From contig NIVC01002390.1 of assembly GCA_002269645.1 (NCBI GenBank), positions 2,652 through 66,651 of the forward strand: 64,000 nt of DNA. The letters run 5' to 3'. Origin of the DNA: Macrostomum lignano. Taxonomy: Eukaryota. Position numbers and translations under genes: made by a program. A model generated the notes under the pieces. That model was not told the origin of the DNA, did no database searches, and saw nothing but the letters and a program-made list of their open reading frames with translations. Below, one piece after another: positions 10,812 to 23,170 of the stretch; position 1 is the first letter of the stretch, and the number at the start of each line of letters is the position of its first letter.

Positions 10812-13800
10812 ATGAATGCTAATTCATCTACTATTGTATTCCCATCAGGAAAAAACATTGTCGTCGATTATTTCAAAGGAGTTTCATCAGTATACTTTTT
10901 GTCCCACTTTCATATGGGTAAGGCCAGGACTTAGGAGCCATGGTTGATAAATGTCAGGATAGGCCTATGAGTTTTATTAATGCCATTGCCATATTAGCTT
11001 ATTGCTGTGGCATACCCCTAAGGCATTGATTTATAGTTTTTACAATTTTATGTATAATTTTTTATTTGTTGTTGTTTCAAAAAGTAGTTTATTTTTAATA
11101 GTTAGAAATATTTAATTTAGACAAGTTTGGTATTAGTTATTTAGTATCAATACAATAGCCATTGAATGAGGCCTAGGCTAGACCTTATTATAATGATCTT
11201 ACTTGTTCCAATAGATGGATAGGTTACACTGAATTTGTCAACAGACCTAAAGTTTAAGAAATTGGAGGAAATTAAACTTATTAATAATTAAAACAAGCTG
11301 AATAAATTTGTCAACAACAAGACAAACTTACATAAAGTCAGGCTAAAGTTGTTTCTTAATGCAATAACATAAATTTCTTTAATTCAAGATGCAAAATATT
11401 GCCAAAGAATTCAACATACTTTATGAATGCATTTTCTAAATGCTATTATATATACCATATAGTCCGGAAGATAGCCTTTATACCAGAAAATTCCGGCATA
11501 TTTTTGCACTTGCTGACAATCTTGGCATACACTTGGCGTATAGAATTTTCAGGTTCAACATAAAGTGTAAATAACTGGCATACAAGAAATTGAAAAGTTT
11601 AGGGCTGATGTAATTGTATAGTTAAATATCAATCAACTAAAGCTCTTCTGAAAATAAACGGTTAACTAAAATAGAAAGTATTAGGCCTAACACAATTTAC
11701 GAGAAAAACAAAATCAAAACAAAGAATATTAGTTTTTAGCAAAATCAGCCATTTTAAAGTTAATTATAATTGTTACTTTTAAAATACAAATTTTTTAAAA
11801 ACTTGGCATGTATAAGTAAGTTTATATTATATTTATATTTAGTAAGTTTAAAGTCCATGGGTTTTAATAGGTTATAAAAGTTAATATTTAAAAACCATTC
11901 TATTTTGTTATTATATATATATATCTTTTCAATAGGCTTAGGCTTGTCTTTCAATTTTTAGCATGTAATTAGTATATTAGTCAATAGCATATTGTTAGGT
12001 ATTTGAATTTATCAATAATGCATGATAAGGTAAACCAAATTTGTCAATAGAGTTGTTGAATTAGATGATGACAAATTCGATGGCACCCAGTTAGACATTT
12101 TGTCAAAATCCTTTCTATTTAAACTTAAAGCCTTTAATAGTTTTTGTTACAAAATGACCAAAATGACTTTGACAAAAAGTAGTGTTCCACCATAGCTATG
12201 GCTATGGGGTAATATTGGGATCCCTACGGCTATGGAATATGGAGAATTGGAATAAGCCATAGTTTTGCTTATGGCTATGGCTATAGCACATGGAGCCCCT
12301 TTATGGTGGAACACTAACAAAAAGTATGTATATGATAAAATAATACTTTTAAAATATTGGTTTAAGTAAACTATTACTGCTATTTAAGAAATCTATATTA
12401 AATTTGTTAGCATAACAACAACTTCCTATATTGAATTAATTTTCATAAAATTAGAAATCATTAACTTGTATTTTGGAGTAGTTTTTTGGATTGCTAAGTG
12501 TTACTAAGTTCACAAAATTCAAAAATACCTTTAGAGTTTAATTAGGCCTAGCATAAATCATGATATATCTAATACAGAATATTTTTACAAATAGTTTTTT
12601 TCAAAAATATATCACCATATAAATTTCTAAAGGTGAGTTTCAAAGAGAGTATTAGTAGTACCATGTATTATATAGAACTTGTGCTTGTAGTTGGCCTATA
12701 AACCTTTGATAATATTGGTATAGACTGTGGGATCCTAAGGATTAACAAAGTTAATGCTATGATTTATTATAACACAATTCTATAGTCATACTCAGGATGA
12801 TATCTTTTTGTTTAGAAAGTTCTAATATACAAAAGCCTTCTCAAATGAATACTAGAAAATCTATATAGTATAGATGGCACAGGTGTAGCATAATGGCATA
12901 GCTCAGTGTAGGCTGTGCAGTGTTTGCAATATACTAAAAAAAGCTATAAAAACATTTTTTTTAAATATTAGCTACCAAACTTATCTAATTAGTATTGGGA
13001 TTAAATAGGATAACATTTCCCCTAAATGATTATCTATTATCTTTCTCTTAGCACTTAGGCATTTTAAATTTTCAAAGTTGGCTCTAATTGAGATTCTAAG
13101 CATTTATAAGTAGCTATTACATTATCATTTGTTCATGCAGAAAAAAGATACAAAGTTATAACTAAGGAGATTCTATAAAACTAGGATCATTCAGCTTAAA
13201 ATTTTATAGCAAAGGCTATTGTTAGGGGTTTTCAGATTGACTATTGACTATTAAACTATTGAAATAGAACTTTCAATAGATATGCTTATATACATTTACA
13301 CCTCAGAAATTACATTAGCTTTTGAAATCATAAACTATTAAAATTAACTATAGTAGTTTAGATAGACTGAAAATGCAACTTAGTTTTGTGGTTACCTAAT
13401 AACAATTTAAAAATCTTTAATTTGTTGTCACATTTTGTAAACAAAAAATCTACTCAAGTTTGTCAAAATTGTCAAAAAATCTATTTTGCAGCTTATATAC
13501 TGGGCTTGCCACAATTTATGCCAGCCAGATTGGCTAGGTTAACTGGCAATTGTACATGTACTGGAAAATATCTAAAAATTGATAGAAAACTCCAGAAAAA
13601 GTACACCTATAAAATGGGTTTATTTTTTATAGAACACAGGTCCGGTATATTGCATTGTTTGTGTCTTCAACCTTATCTATCTAGCAAATCCTCATCTATA
13701 AAATCTGTTTGCATTATGCAACTCTACCTGAAGTATTTTGCTATTTAGATTAGACAATTATCTAATATTAATCTATAAATTATTAATACACCATATTGTA

Positions 13801-16800
13801 TATTCTCGTTTTAGATCATGTTGTTGGACTTAAAGATGTGCAGCACGAGTGCAAGGTTAGATTTCTTTTGTTAATAAATATCTTTAGGTGTGTTAAAGAT
13901 ATGATTTATTATTATATAGAAAATATAATAGAGATATTATTTTCTCGTAGAAAATAATGGCACAGTTTCTTATCAATACGAAAATTTGACTGTGACTAAA
14001 ATATGTGCTAATCATTGTTGCTAATCAGTACAGTACTGAGTGACGGGGCCATGCTCGTTAGCTGCTTTTAGTTTGCTCGTTGTTTTCTTTAGGCTACAAA
14101 TAGTTCTAGTCACGCACTGGCAATCATAGTGGGATAGGAAAATATGATCGACAGTTTTTGTTATTGATAAAGAATTTTTTTATGTCTCAACGGAAATAAG
14201 GACCCAGTAATGTGCTTAGTGAGTGACCTGGATTTGGTGCTGAAGGGAAACTCTGCTTTGCTGAAGGCTTAGCAAGGAGGCCGCTGAAGGTAGCAGATAA
14301 TCACTGAAGGATGGGGTGTGGAGGCAACTGAAGGTAGCAGATAATCACTGAAGGATGGGGTGTGGAGGCAACTGAAGGTAGCAGATAATCACTGAAGGAT
14401 GGGGTGTGGAGGCAACTGAAGGTAGCAGATAATCGCTGAGGGAAGAGTGAGGAGGTAGCTGAAGGTAGCAGATAATCGCTGAGGGAAGAGTGAGGAGGCA
14501 GCTGAAGGCAGCAGATAATCGCTGAGGGAAGAGTCGGGAGGCAACTGAAGGCAGCAGATAATCGCTGAGGGAAGAGTGAGGAGGTAGCTGAAGGCAGCAG
14601 ATAATCGCTGAGGGAAGAGTGAGGAGGCAGCTGAAGGTGGCAGATAATCGCTGAGGGAAAAGTGAGGAGGCAGTTGAAGGCAGCAGATAATGCTAAAGGA
14701 TAGAGTGAGATAAAGTTAGCATGCCTACGAGGAAGAAGCTTCTCGTAGAAGCCGCACTCCGCCTCTCTGCACTCAGATCTACTGCTCGGGCATCACCAGG
14801 CATTTGATCCAAGCAGATCGGGCATTCGCCAATGCTCACCATCTGTTAGTAGAGCTACCGGTGAATTCAGCTCAACCAGTGCCTGAGCTGCCGGGTCTCC
14901 AAGTGACCCTAGTTCCTGCTGGTCACTGTCTGGGCAGCGTTATGTTCTTGTTTGAAGACTCCGCAGATGGTTATGTTGCTTTGCACACTGGCGATTTTCG
15001 AATACCGACTAGTTTGGAAGCGCTGCGCGAGGTCGGCGCGTTTCACCGCCAAGGCCGGTAGGCAGGTTTTTTAATGTTATTCAGTATAAGCAACTTTGCA
15101 TTATAATGATGCTATCTGGCATCAACACTTGACTAAAATACGCTCGTAAATACTTATTTTATACTTAATCCTCTACTTTTGATTCAGTAGCAAGCGCAGT
15201 ATGTGACAGTAATTTTTTGTTCTGAAAGACAAGATCAGCCCCCTGATGGTGTGCCAGGATTGGCAAACGAATTAGGGGCGTTGCTTGTGAACGATGTGGG
15301 CAGGAAAATTTATCGTTATTGTTATTGCGGTTAATGTACGTGGCACTGGCACTTCAACCCCTTAATAATGGTTGAGCATGGGGCAATAAAAATAGGGGTT
15401 AGAGAATGGCAGAAAGAAATGTACATTTATCTGCGTGCCGCTTATGTACATTGCAGATCAACGCCCAGAGGCAATAAAAATAGGGGGTAGAGAATGGCGG
15501 GAAAGAAATGTACATTTATCAGCGTGGCCGCTTATGTACATTGCAGATCAACCCCCAGGGCAATAAAAATACGGGGTAGAGAATGGCTTGGCGGGAAAGA
15601 AATGTACATTTATCAGCGTGGCCGCTAATGTACATAGCAGATCAACCCCCAGGGCAATAAAAATAAGGGGTAGAGAATGGCGGGGCCGGGGCGGGAAAGA
15701 GATAGGCACTCGGATTTTGCGGGGAGTCGAGTGAAGTAAGTGGGTAATAATAAGAAGAACTATTACTGAAATGAAAGTAGCTTCAATTGCACATAAACTT
15801 ACATATTTACTGCCTACCACCTATCCCCGCAGCGTGATCCCCATCGATAATGCCGTGGTGGACACAACCTTCTTCACTGATCACTGTCGTGAGCTGCCAA
15901 CTCGCCAAGAATCAATGCAGGCAATCTGCGATTTGGTCAGCGACTGTCTTGATAGGCACCATAATTTGTCTGTAAAGCGGGCCAACTCTGGTGTTGTACT
16001 AGTTGCTAAGGCTAGGTTCTCGTACGAGTACGTTTATCAGAGTCTGGCTGAGACATTTGGCACGAAGGTGAGTTGATTTAAGTTTGATTCACGGGTCAAT
16101 ATTAGTTGCCCTGGCTGGTTCCCAACTTTTTGAAACCTTTCATTATCGTCATCTGTACTAAATTCTTAGTCTAAAACTGCACTGCACTGCACTGTAATTT
16201 TCAGGTGCACATCAGCGAACTGGGCCTTCGCTACTATGGTCAGCTAGCAAGCAGTCTAGATTTTTATTCAACAACTTCAGCTGACTGCTTTGTACACCTG
16301 GATGGTTGCGGATGCAACATGAATGAGATGTTGCGCATTTGTCTGTCCACTATGTACTTTGATAAGGTAAACAAAGTGCTTTTACGTGCTCTATTTTTTA
16401 ACATATCAGAGTTCACTGTGAGATAGCTTTTTTATTGAGCTTGCAGCTGTCTTTGATCTGTTGAGATTACGGCACTCTTTAATCTCTATTTTCCATTGAG
16501 ATAGCGGCTCTCTTTGATCTGTATTTTCAATTTAGATAGCGGCTCTCTTTGATCTCTATTTTCCATTGAGATAGCGGCTCTCTTTGATCTCTATTTTCTA
16601 TTGAGATAGCGGCTCTCTTTGATATCTATTTTCCATTGAGATAGCGGCTCTCTTTGATCTCTATTTTCTATTGAGATAGCGGCTCTCTTTGATCTCTATT
16701 TTCCATTGAGATAGCGGCTCTCTTTGATCTCTATTTTCTATTGAGATAGCGGCTCTCTTTGATCTCTATTTTCAATTGAGATAGCGGCTCTCTTTGATCT

Positions 16801-17657
16801 GCAATTTCCATTGAGATTGCGGCTCTCTTTGATCTCTATTTGCAATTGAGATAGTTCTCTCTTTGATCTCTATTTTCCATTGAGATAGCGGTTCTCTTTG
16901 ATCTCTATTTTCCATTGAGATAGCGGCTCTCTTTGATTTGTAATTTCCATTGAGATTGCGGCTCTCTTTGATTTGTAATTTCCATTGAGATTGCGGCTCT
17001 CTTTGATCTGTAATTTCCATTGAGATAGCGGCTCTCTTTGATCTCTATTTTCCATTGAGATAGCGACTCTCTTTGATTTGTAATTTCCATTGAGATTGCG
17101 GCTCTCTTTGATCTGTATTTTCAATTGAGATTGCGGCTCTCTTTGATCTGTATTTTCAATTGAGATTGCGGCTCTTTGATCTATCTTTCCAGACCGCCGG
17201 CTTCACCCAGACTGTTGTATGGCCCTCGGAACGCACAGCCCGGGTGCTGTTCAGCTTCCACCCGTCCATGAGCGAAGTTTCCGACCTGCTCACCTATTTG
17301 CGGCCCCGCTCCGCTCGCGCTCTCGTCACGCCTGCTGGCGACGTCGACGGTGATAGTTTCGGCGATGCCGAAAGTCGAGTGCAGACCCGTCTGGATGCCC
17401 TGGTTGCCCGGCTGTCCAGCAACACTTTAGTGTCATCTCCCGCAGCATCAGCAACATCAGCTTTTCAGCTTCAGGACCACGGCTTGCCAGCTTCAGCCTT
17501 AAAACGATGCCGTTCACCGTTGTTAAGCTGTGCTCACTCGGATGGCAACGGTGATTGTCCCGATGGTGCCGATAACGAGAATGATGATTGCAGTGACGAT
17601 TCTCTCTGCTCCATGCCTGTTAGATGTGCGAAATCGAAATCAGCTAGGCTGTCTTGA
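10812..17657 (+). CDS. DCLRE1C: Artemis (DNA cross-link repair 1C), metallo-beta-lactamase/beta-CASP nuclease, ~429 aa
   Basis: Six phase-consistent GT-AG exons: 10812-10917, 13815-13855, 14777-15057, 15833-16067, 16205-16366, 17193-17657. Motifs FLSHFHMDH (split by intron 1), IYCS.IT, PAGHCLGSVMFLF, HTGDFR, VVDTTF, YEYVY, VLFSFHPS.SEV.DLL.YL.P. PAGHC and FSFH favour Artemis over SNM1A/B. Confidence 0.92.
12180..12316. mobile_element. 137-bp MITE, hAT-like (TAGTG ends)
   Basis: Perfect 15-bp TIR TAGTGTTCCACCATA / TATGGTGGAACACTA; perfect 8-bp TSD ACAAAAAG (12172-12179, 12317-12324); internal gctatg repeats. Confidence 0.9.
14283..14695. repeat. minisatellite, 44-bp unit (ctgaaggtagcagataatc...), Artemis intron 2
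   Basis: About 9 copies in two subtypes. Confidence 0.95.
15381..15690. repeat. tandem repeat, ~88-94 bp unit, Artemis intron 3
   Basis: About 3.5 copies of ggcaataaaaataggggtagagaatggc...atgtacatt. Confidence 0.85.
16480..17185. repeat. minisatellite, 35-bp unit, Artemis intron 5
   Basis: About 20 copies of ttccattgagatagcggctctctttgatctctatt. Confidence 0.95.
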
Positions 17658-17708
17658 AAGGTCTGCTTATGTTGTCCGCAGCATTTCAAATTTGGCAGCT
17701 GAATCAGC

Positions 17709-18372
17709 GGTCAGGTACCTGTGAACTTATCAGTCAGGTACCTGTAAATTATTGGGTCAGGTACCTGTAAATTATTGGGTCAGGTACCTGTAAATTATTG
17801 GGTCAGGTACCTGTAAATTATTGGGTCAGGTACCTGTAAATTATTGGGTCAGGTACCTGTAAATTATTGGGTCAGGTACCTGTAAATTATTGGGTCAGGT
17901 ACCTGTAAATTATTGGGTCAGGTACCTGTAAATTATTGGGTCAGGTACCTGTAAATTATTGGGTCAGGTACCTGTAAATTATTGGGTCAGGTACATGTAC
18001 ATTATTGGGTCAGGTACATGTACATTATTGGGTCAGGTACATGTACATTATTGGGTCAGGTACATGTACATTATTGGGTCAGGTACATGTACATTATTGG
18101 GTCAGGTACATGTACATTATTGGGTCAGGTACATGTACATTATTGGGTCAGGTACCTGTAAATTATTGGGTCAGGTACCTGTAAATTATTGGGTCAGGTG
18201 CATGTAAATTAATGGGTCAGGTACATGAACATTATTCGGTCAGGTACATGTACATTATTGGGTCAGGTACATGTACATTATTGGGTCAGGTACATGTACA
18301 TTATTGGGTCAGGTACATGTACATTAATGGGTCAGGTACATGAACATTATTCGGTCAGGTACATGTACATTA
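17709..18372. repeat. minisatellite, 23-bp unit (gggtcaggtac(c/a)tgta(a/c)attatt)
   Basis: About 28 copies in two alternating variant blocks. Confidence 0.95.
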
Positions 18373-18436
18373 ATGTGTTAATATGCAGACGGCTATCACA
18401 GCCTTTGGCGGCTTGTTAGTTGTACTTTTTTAGTAA

Positions 18437-18442
18437 AATAAA
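18437..18442 (+). promoter_or_regulatory. candidate polyadenylation signal of Artemis
   Basis: First AATAAA after the stop codon, followed by T-rich sequence. Confidence 0.45.
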
Positions 18443-18734
18443 TGCATGCACTTTTTGTAGGCTTTTTAAATAATTTTAAATTAAATTAAGTTTTTACTAA
18501 ACTGCCATTGAATGCCTGCTATATTCTACATGTAATGCCTTTTTTTGTAAACAAATTACATAATAGCTCAATACTGTGATTGTCATTCGCGTACATACTG
18601 CCAAAGCTATGAGTTGTTTTGTCAAACTTATTTTCGTGTTCCCAGCTTCTGTTGACTTTTTAAGCTCTTTTTTGTAGGTATGCCCGATCTTGTTAAATTT
18701 TTGAGACTATCCTTGACATTCTCAGTTGTAATTG

Positions 18735-19665
18735 GGATCTATGATCGATCTATGGGATTTATAGGATTTATAGTATCTATGGGATCTCTAGGATCTATAG
18801 GATCTATAAGATTTATAGTATCTATGGGATTTATCGGATTTAAAGGATCTATGGGATCTATAGGATTTATAGGATCTATGGGATTTATCGGATTTATAGT
18901 ATCTATGGGATTTATCGGATTTAAAGGATCTATGGGATCTATAGGTTTTATAGGATCTATGGGATCTATAGGATTTATAGTATCTATGGGGTCTATAGGA
19001 TCTATGGGATCTATAGGATCTATGAGATCTATAAGATTTATAGTATCTATGGGATTTATCGGATTTAAAGGATCTATGGGATCTATAGGATTTATAGGAT
19101 CTATCGGATTTATCGGATTTATAGTATCTATGGGATTTATCGGATTTAAAGGATCTATGGGATCTATAGGATTTATAGGATCTATGGGATTTATCGGATT
19201 TAAAGGATCTATGGGATCTATAGGATTTATAGGATCTATGGGATTTATCGGATTTATAGTATCTATGGGATTTATCGGATTTAAAGGATCTATGGGATCT
19301 ATAGGTTTTATAGGATCTATGGGGTCTATAGGATCTATGGGATCTATAGGATCTATGGGATCTATAGGATCTATAGGATCTATGGGATCTATAGGATCTA
19401 TGGGAACTATAGGATATTTGGGATTTATATTATCTATGGGATTTATAGGATCTATGTGATCTATAGGATCTATGGGATCTATAGGATCTAATGGATCTAT
19501 AGGATCTTAAGGATCTATTGCATCTATGGGGTCTATAGGATCTATGTGATTTATTGGATCTATGGAATCTATATGATCTATAGGATCTATGAGATCTATA
19601 TGATCCATGAGATCTATATGATCTATGTGCTCTATAGGGTCTATAAGACCCTATAAGATCTATAA
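18735..19665. repeat. 9-bp-based minisatellite (ggatctata/ggatctatg/ggatttata)
   Basis: About 100 units; explains ORFs 18680..19459 and 19430..19678. Confidence 0.95.
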
Positions 19666-19893
19666 GATTTGTATGCAATATTTAAAGACACCGAACCTCA
19701 GAGGGATATATTTTTAATGATCTCTAATGGAACTGTTTAGAAATCACTATTCAGTTTGCCGATGTGCTCAGGTGATGCAAAGGGTTCAGTGTATGCTTGT
19801 TGTCTAATTCTGGCCTCTCAATTCATGCAAAGCCGAGCCCGCACCCGCCAGAGTGCTTAGCTGAGAAGAGCAGACACTCAATCCCGCTCAGAC

Positions 19894-22217
19894 ATGTCTG
19901 TCGCACTTGGTCAGCAGGGTCAGCCCTGTCTGGCGCTTAGCTGCCCGCTCTGCCCCTTCGCCACCGTCGAGCTGCACCGGCTTCGTCGACACGCGATCGC
20001 CGATCATCTCCGTCGGAGGGGCGGCGGTGTCGACGGCGGTGTCGACAGTTTCCGCTACAAGCTGTACGTCTGTCCAGACTGCGCCGCCTGCAGCACCGAC
20101 GTGGACATTGTTCGCGACCATGCGGCCTTGGCGCACCGTCGCTCTGTTGATTCTGGCAATCAGCGCGGACTGCTGCTGTTGAACGAGGTCTGCCTGACCC
20201 TGCCAGCCAGCGTCAACGGTGCCGACAGGAACGGCATCGATGAGGGCGCCGACCCGGCCGGTGTGGCGGAGAATCCCAGCCGGCTGGTGTGCAAAGCCGG
20301 CGAGGGAAAGTACACGTGTACCGGCTGTCACTGCAGCTTCCCGTGCTCTCTAGAGGCGGCCTTTCACGCGGCTACCCGGCATCAGGTGTCGGCAATGGTT
20401 GAGTCCGATCTTGCCAGGCTGGGCAAGCTGTCTGAGCAGTCGCGAGCGGACCTGATGAAACGAATGCGGCTGGCAACTGCGGCAACGATGGAGGGCGGCG
20501 AAGGGAGCGCGATGACGGATAGCGTAGAGTCTGCTCTCTTTGATAGCGTTGAGCTGCATCTCAGGCTGCTGTGTGATACAGGTATGCTGGAGTAGGTGCC
20601 ATGCGAGTCGGAGCACTTGTGTGATGCTTGAGATCTCTATTGAGAACTTTATGTGATGCTTGAGATCTCTATTGAGAACTATATGTGATGCATGAGATCT
20701 CTATTGAGAACTATATGTGATGCTTGAGATCTCTATTGAGAACTATATGTGATGCTTGAGATCTCTATTGAGAACTATATGTGATGCTTGAAATCTTTAT
20801 TGAGAACTATATGTGATGCTTGAGATCTCTATTGAGAACTATATGTGATGCTTGAGATCTCTATTGAGAACTATATGTGATGCTTGAGAACTCTATGTGA
20901 TGCTTGAGAACTCTATGTGATGCTTGAGAACTCTATGTGATGCTTGAGAACTCTATGTGATGCTTGAGAACTCTATGTGATGCTTGAGAACTCTATGTGA
21001 TGCTTGAGAACTCTATGTGATGCTTGAGAACTCTATGTGATGCTTGAGAACTCTATGTGATGCTTGAGAACTCTATGTGATGCTTGAGAACAGTAGTTCA
21101 TGAGAGCATTCGAGCATATATCTCTAGCCCAAATGTCCCAACGCTGCCATTTGCAGGCGAGCTGGTCTGCTCAGACTGCAACCGCCAGTTCGGCATCGCT
21201 CAGCTGCCCGAGGCCGTCGCCCACATCAACGACACTGTCCGTCGTCGCCTGCCAGATTTTATGACCTCGCCGGGTGCACCCTGGTCGCTGCATCGACGAG
21301 AAGAGTGGGTCTGGGTGGTGCCGGACAGTCAGGAGGCTCTGCAGTCGTCTAAGGATGACCAACAGCCGTCCCAGTTGCCGCCGCCGACTCCACCAACGCC
21401 GACTGCTGACGCCGAGGCCAGCAATGACGCTTCGTCCTCCTCCGCAACAGCCGCTGCCGCCGCCGCTTCGGCCGCCGCCCCTGCCGTCTCCGGCGCTTCG
21501 CGTCGTAAAAAACTGCCGGTTCGCTACGTGCCACCCAGACAGCAGCAGCCGCAGCCGCAGCAGCAGCAGCCAACTTCATCAACTGCGGGCTCACCGGGTG
21601 CCGCCGAGGAGTCGCTCGCCTCCGCCAGACACGAAGCGGCCCTCCGCTCCGGCCACTGGCAGGTTGTGTCCGTTGACGACGATCTGTTCGCTTGCTCGCA
21701 CTGTCCGGACATCATGGCCGCCCGGCCGGCCGAGATTCGTCTGCACATTGTAGCCGAGCATCTGGGCGTGCCCAGTCTGGCCTGCGCCTACTGCACCTCC
21801 GGCGGGGCAGCCAGCTGCGACCCGGAGCCGGTCCTGGCGCACTGCCGCTCCGCGCACCCGGGCCGGGTGCCGCAGTTCGTGGCCAGCGAGCTGCACAGGG
21901 CCCTCTGCCGGCTGGTCCCGTCCCCAGACGATGCCGGCGAAGCCGATAACGACAACGAAGAAGACGGCGAGTATCGGGAAGGTGGCGACGATGATGACGA
22001 CGACGACGACGACGAAGATGGCGGCGGAGCTGCCGCCGCAGTGCTCGGCGAAGTCGAAGAAGACGGCGACGAAGACATGGACGATGAGAATGGCGACGGC
22101 GATGAGGAGGACGAAGAGACGGCGGCCGCCGTGGCCGCTCTTGAAGGCGCCGCCGGGCTGGTGATGGACGGCAACGGCGACGAAGAGGACAACGAATACG
22201 ATAACGACGATGTCTAA
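19894..22217 (+). CDS. multi C2H2-type zinc-finger protein with acidic C-terminal tail, ~580 aa
   Basis: Exons 19894-20581 (ACAG|GTATGC) and 21157-22217 (TTGCAG|), phase 1. Fingers CPLC..HAIADH, CPDC..HAALAH, CTGC..HAATRH, CSDC..H, CSHC..HIVAEH, CAYC..HCRSAH; D/E-rich end. AATAAA at 22528. Upstream exons are possible. Confidence 0.8.
20618..21090. repeat. compound minisatellite (32-bp units then 20-bp units), zinc-finger gene intron
   Basis: atgtgatgcttgagatctctattgagaactat x~8, then atgtgatgcttgagaactct x~11. Confidence 0.95.
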
Positions 22218-22664
22218 AGTTTGAATTGGCGCCGAAAATCCGGAAAATGTTTGTTTCACTTTTGGCGCAAATTTAAATAGCGACACTGTACAAGTCTTGG
22301 TTATTTATTCGGAAGTGAGTATTTACTAAACGGTATTTAACCTGTGCTAAGTAATCTGCTTGTAAATTTCATGTTTCTATTTTGTATAATTATGCACTTT
22401 CCGTAGCTTTATGTAATCTATTGCAATGTTCTCGCAGATTTTCTGACACTAATATAATTCAATCCGTTTTAATCCTCTATTAATTGTTTTTTCCTAATTT
22501 TCTTTTGCTATTTAAATCAATACCATTAATAAAGAGTTGCATGTCCATTGATTTCTGTAATTTGTCATTGCACATTTGTTTGCTGTCATTTTGCTCTGCA
22601 TTCTTCTTTTCAACTAACTGCATGCATTAATCATATTGCCAGCTATAGAAGTTCAAACTCTAGG

Positions 22665-23170
22665 GGTTAGATTTTGAGTCTCATACTCTAGGGATGAGAT
22701 TTTGAGTCTCCTACTCTAGGGATGAGATTTTGAGTCTCCTACTCTAGGAATGCGATTTCGAGTCTTCAATACTCTAGAGGTGAGATTTTGAGTCTCCTAT
22801 ATTCAAAGGATGAGATTTTGAGTCCTGTAATCTAGGGATGAGATTTTGAGTCTTCTATACTCTAAAGATGAGATTTTGAGTCTCATATACTCTAGTGATG
22901 AGATTTTTAGTCTTCTTTACTCTAGAGATGAGATTTTGAGTCTTCTATACTCTAGGGATGAGTTTTTGAGTCTCCTATACTCTAGGGATGAGATTCTGAG
23001 TCTTCAATACTCTAGAAGTGAGATTTTGAGCCTCCTATACTCTAGGCATGAGATTTTGAGTCTTCTATACTCTAGGGATAAGAATTTAAGTCTCACATAC
23101 TCTAGGGATGAGATTTTGAGTCTACTATACTCTAGAGATGAGATTTTGAGTCTGCCTACTCAAGAATGAG
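22665..23170. repeat. minisatellite, 30-bp unit (gagattttgagtctcctatactctagggat)
   Basis: About 16 copies; explains ORF 22846..23169. Confidence 0.95.
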
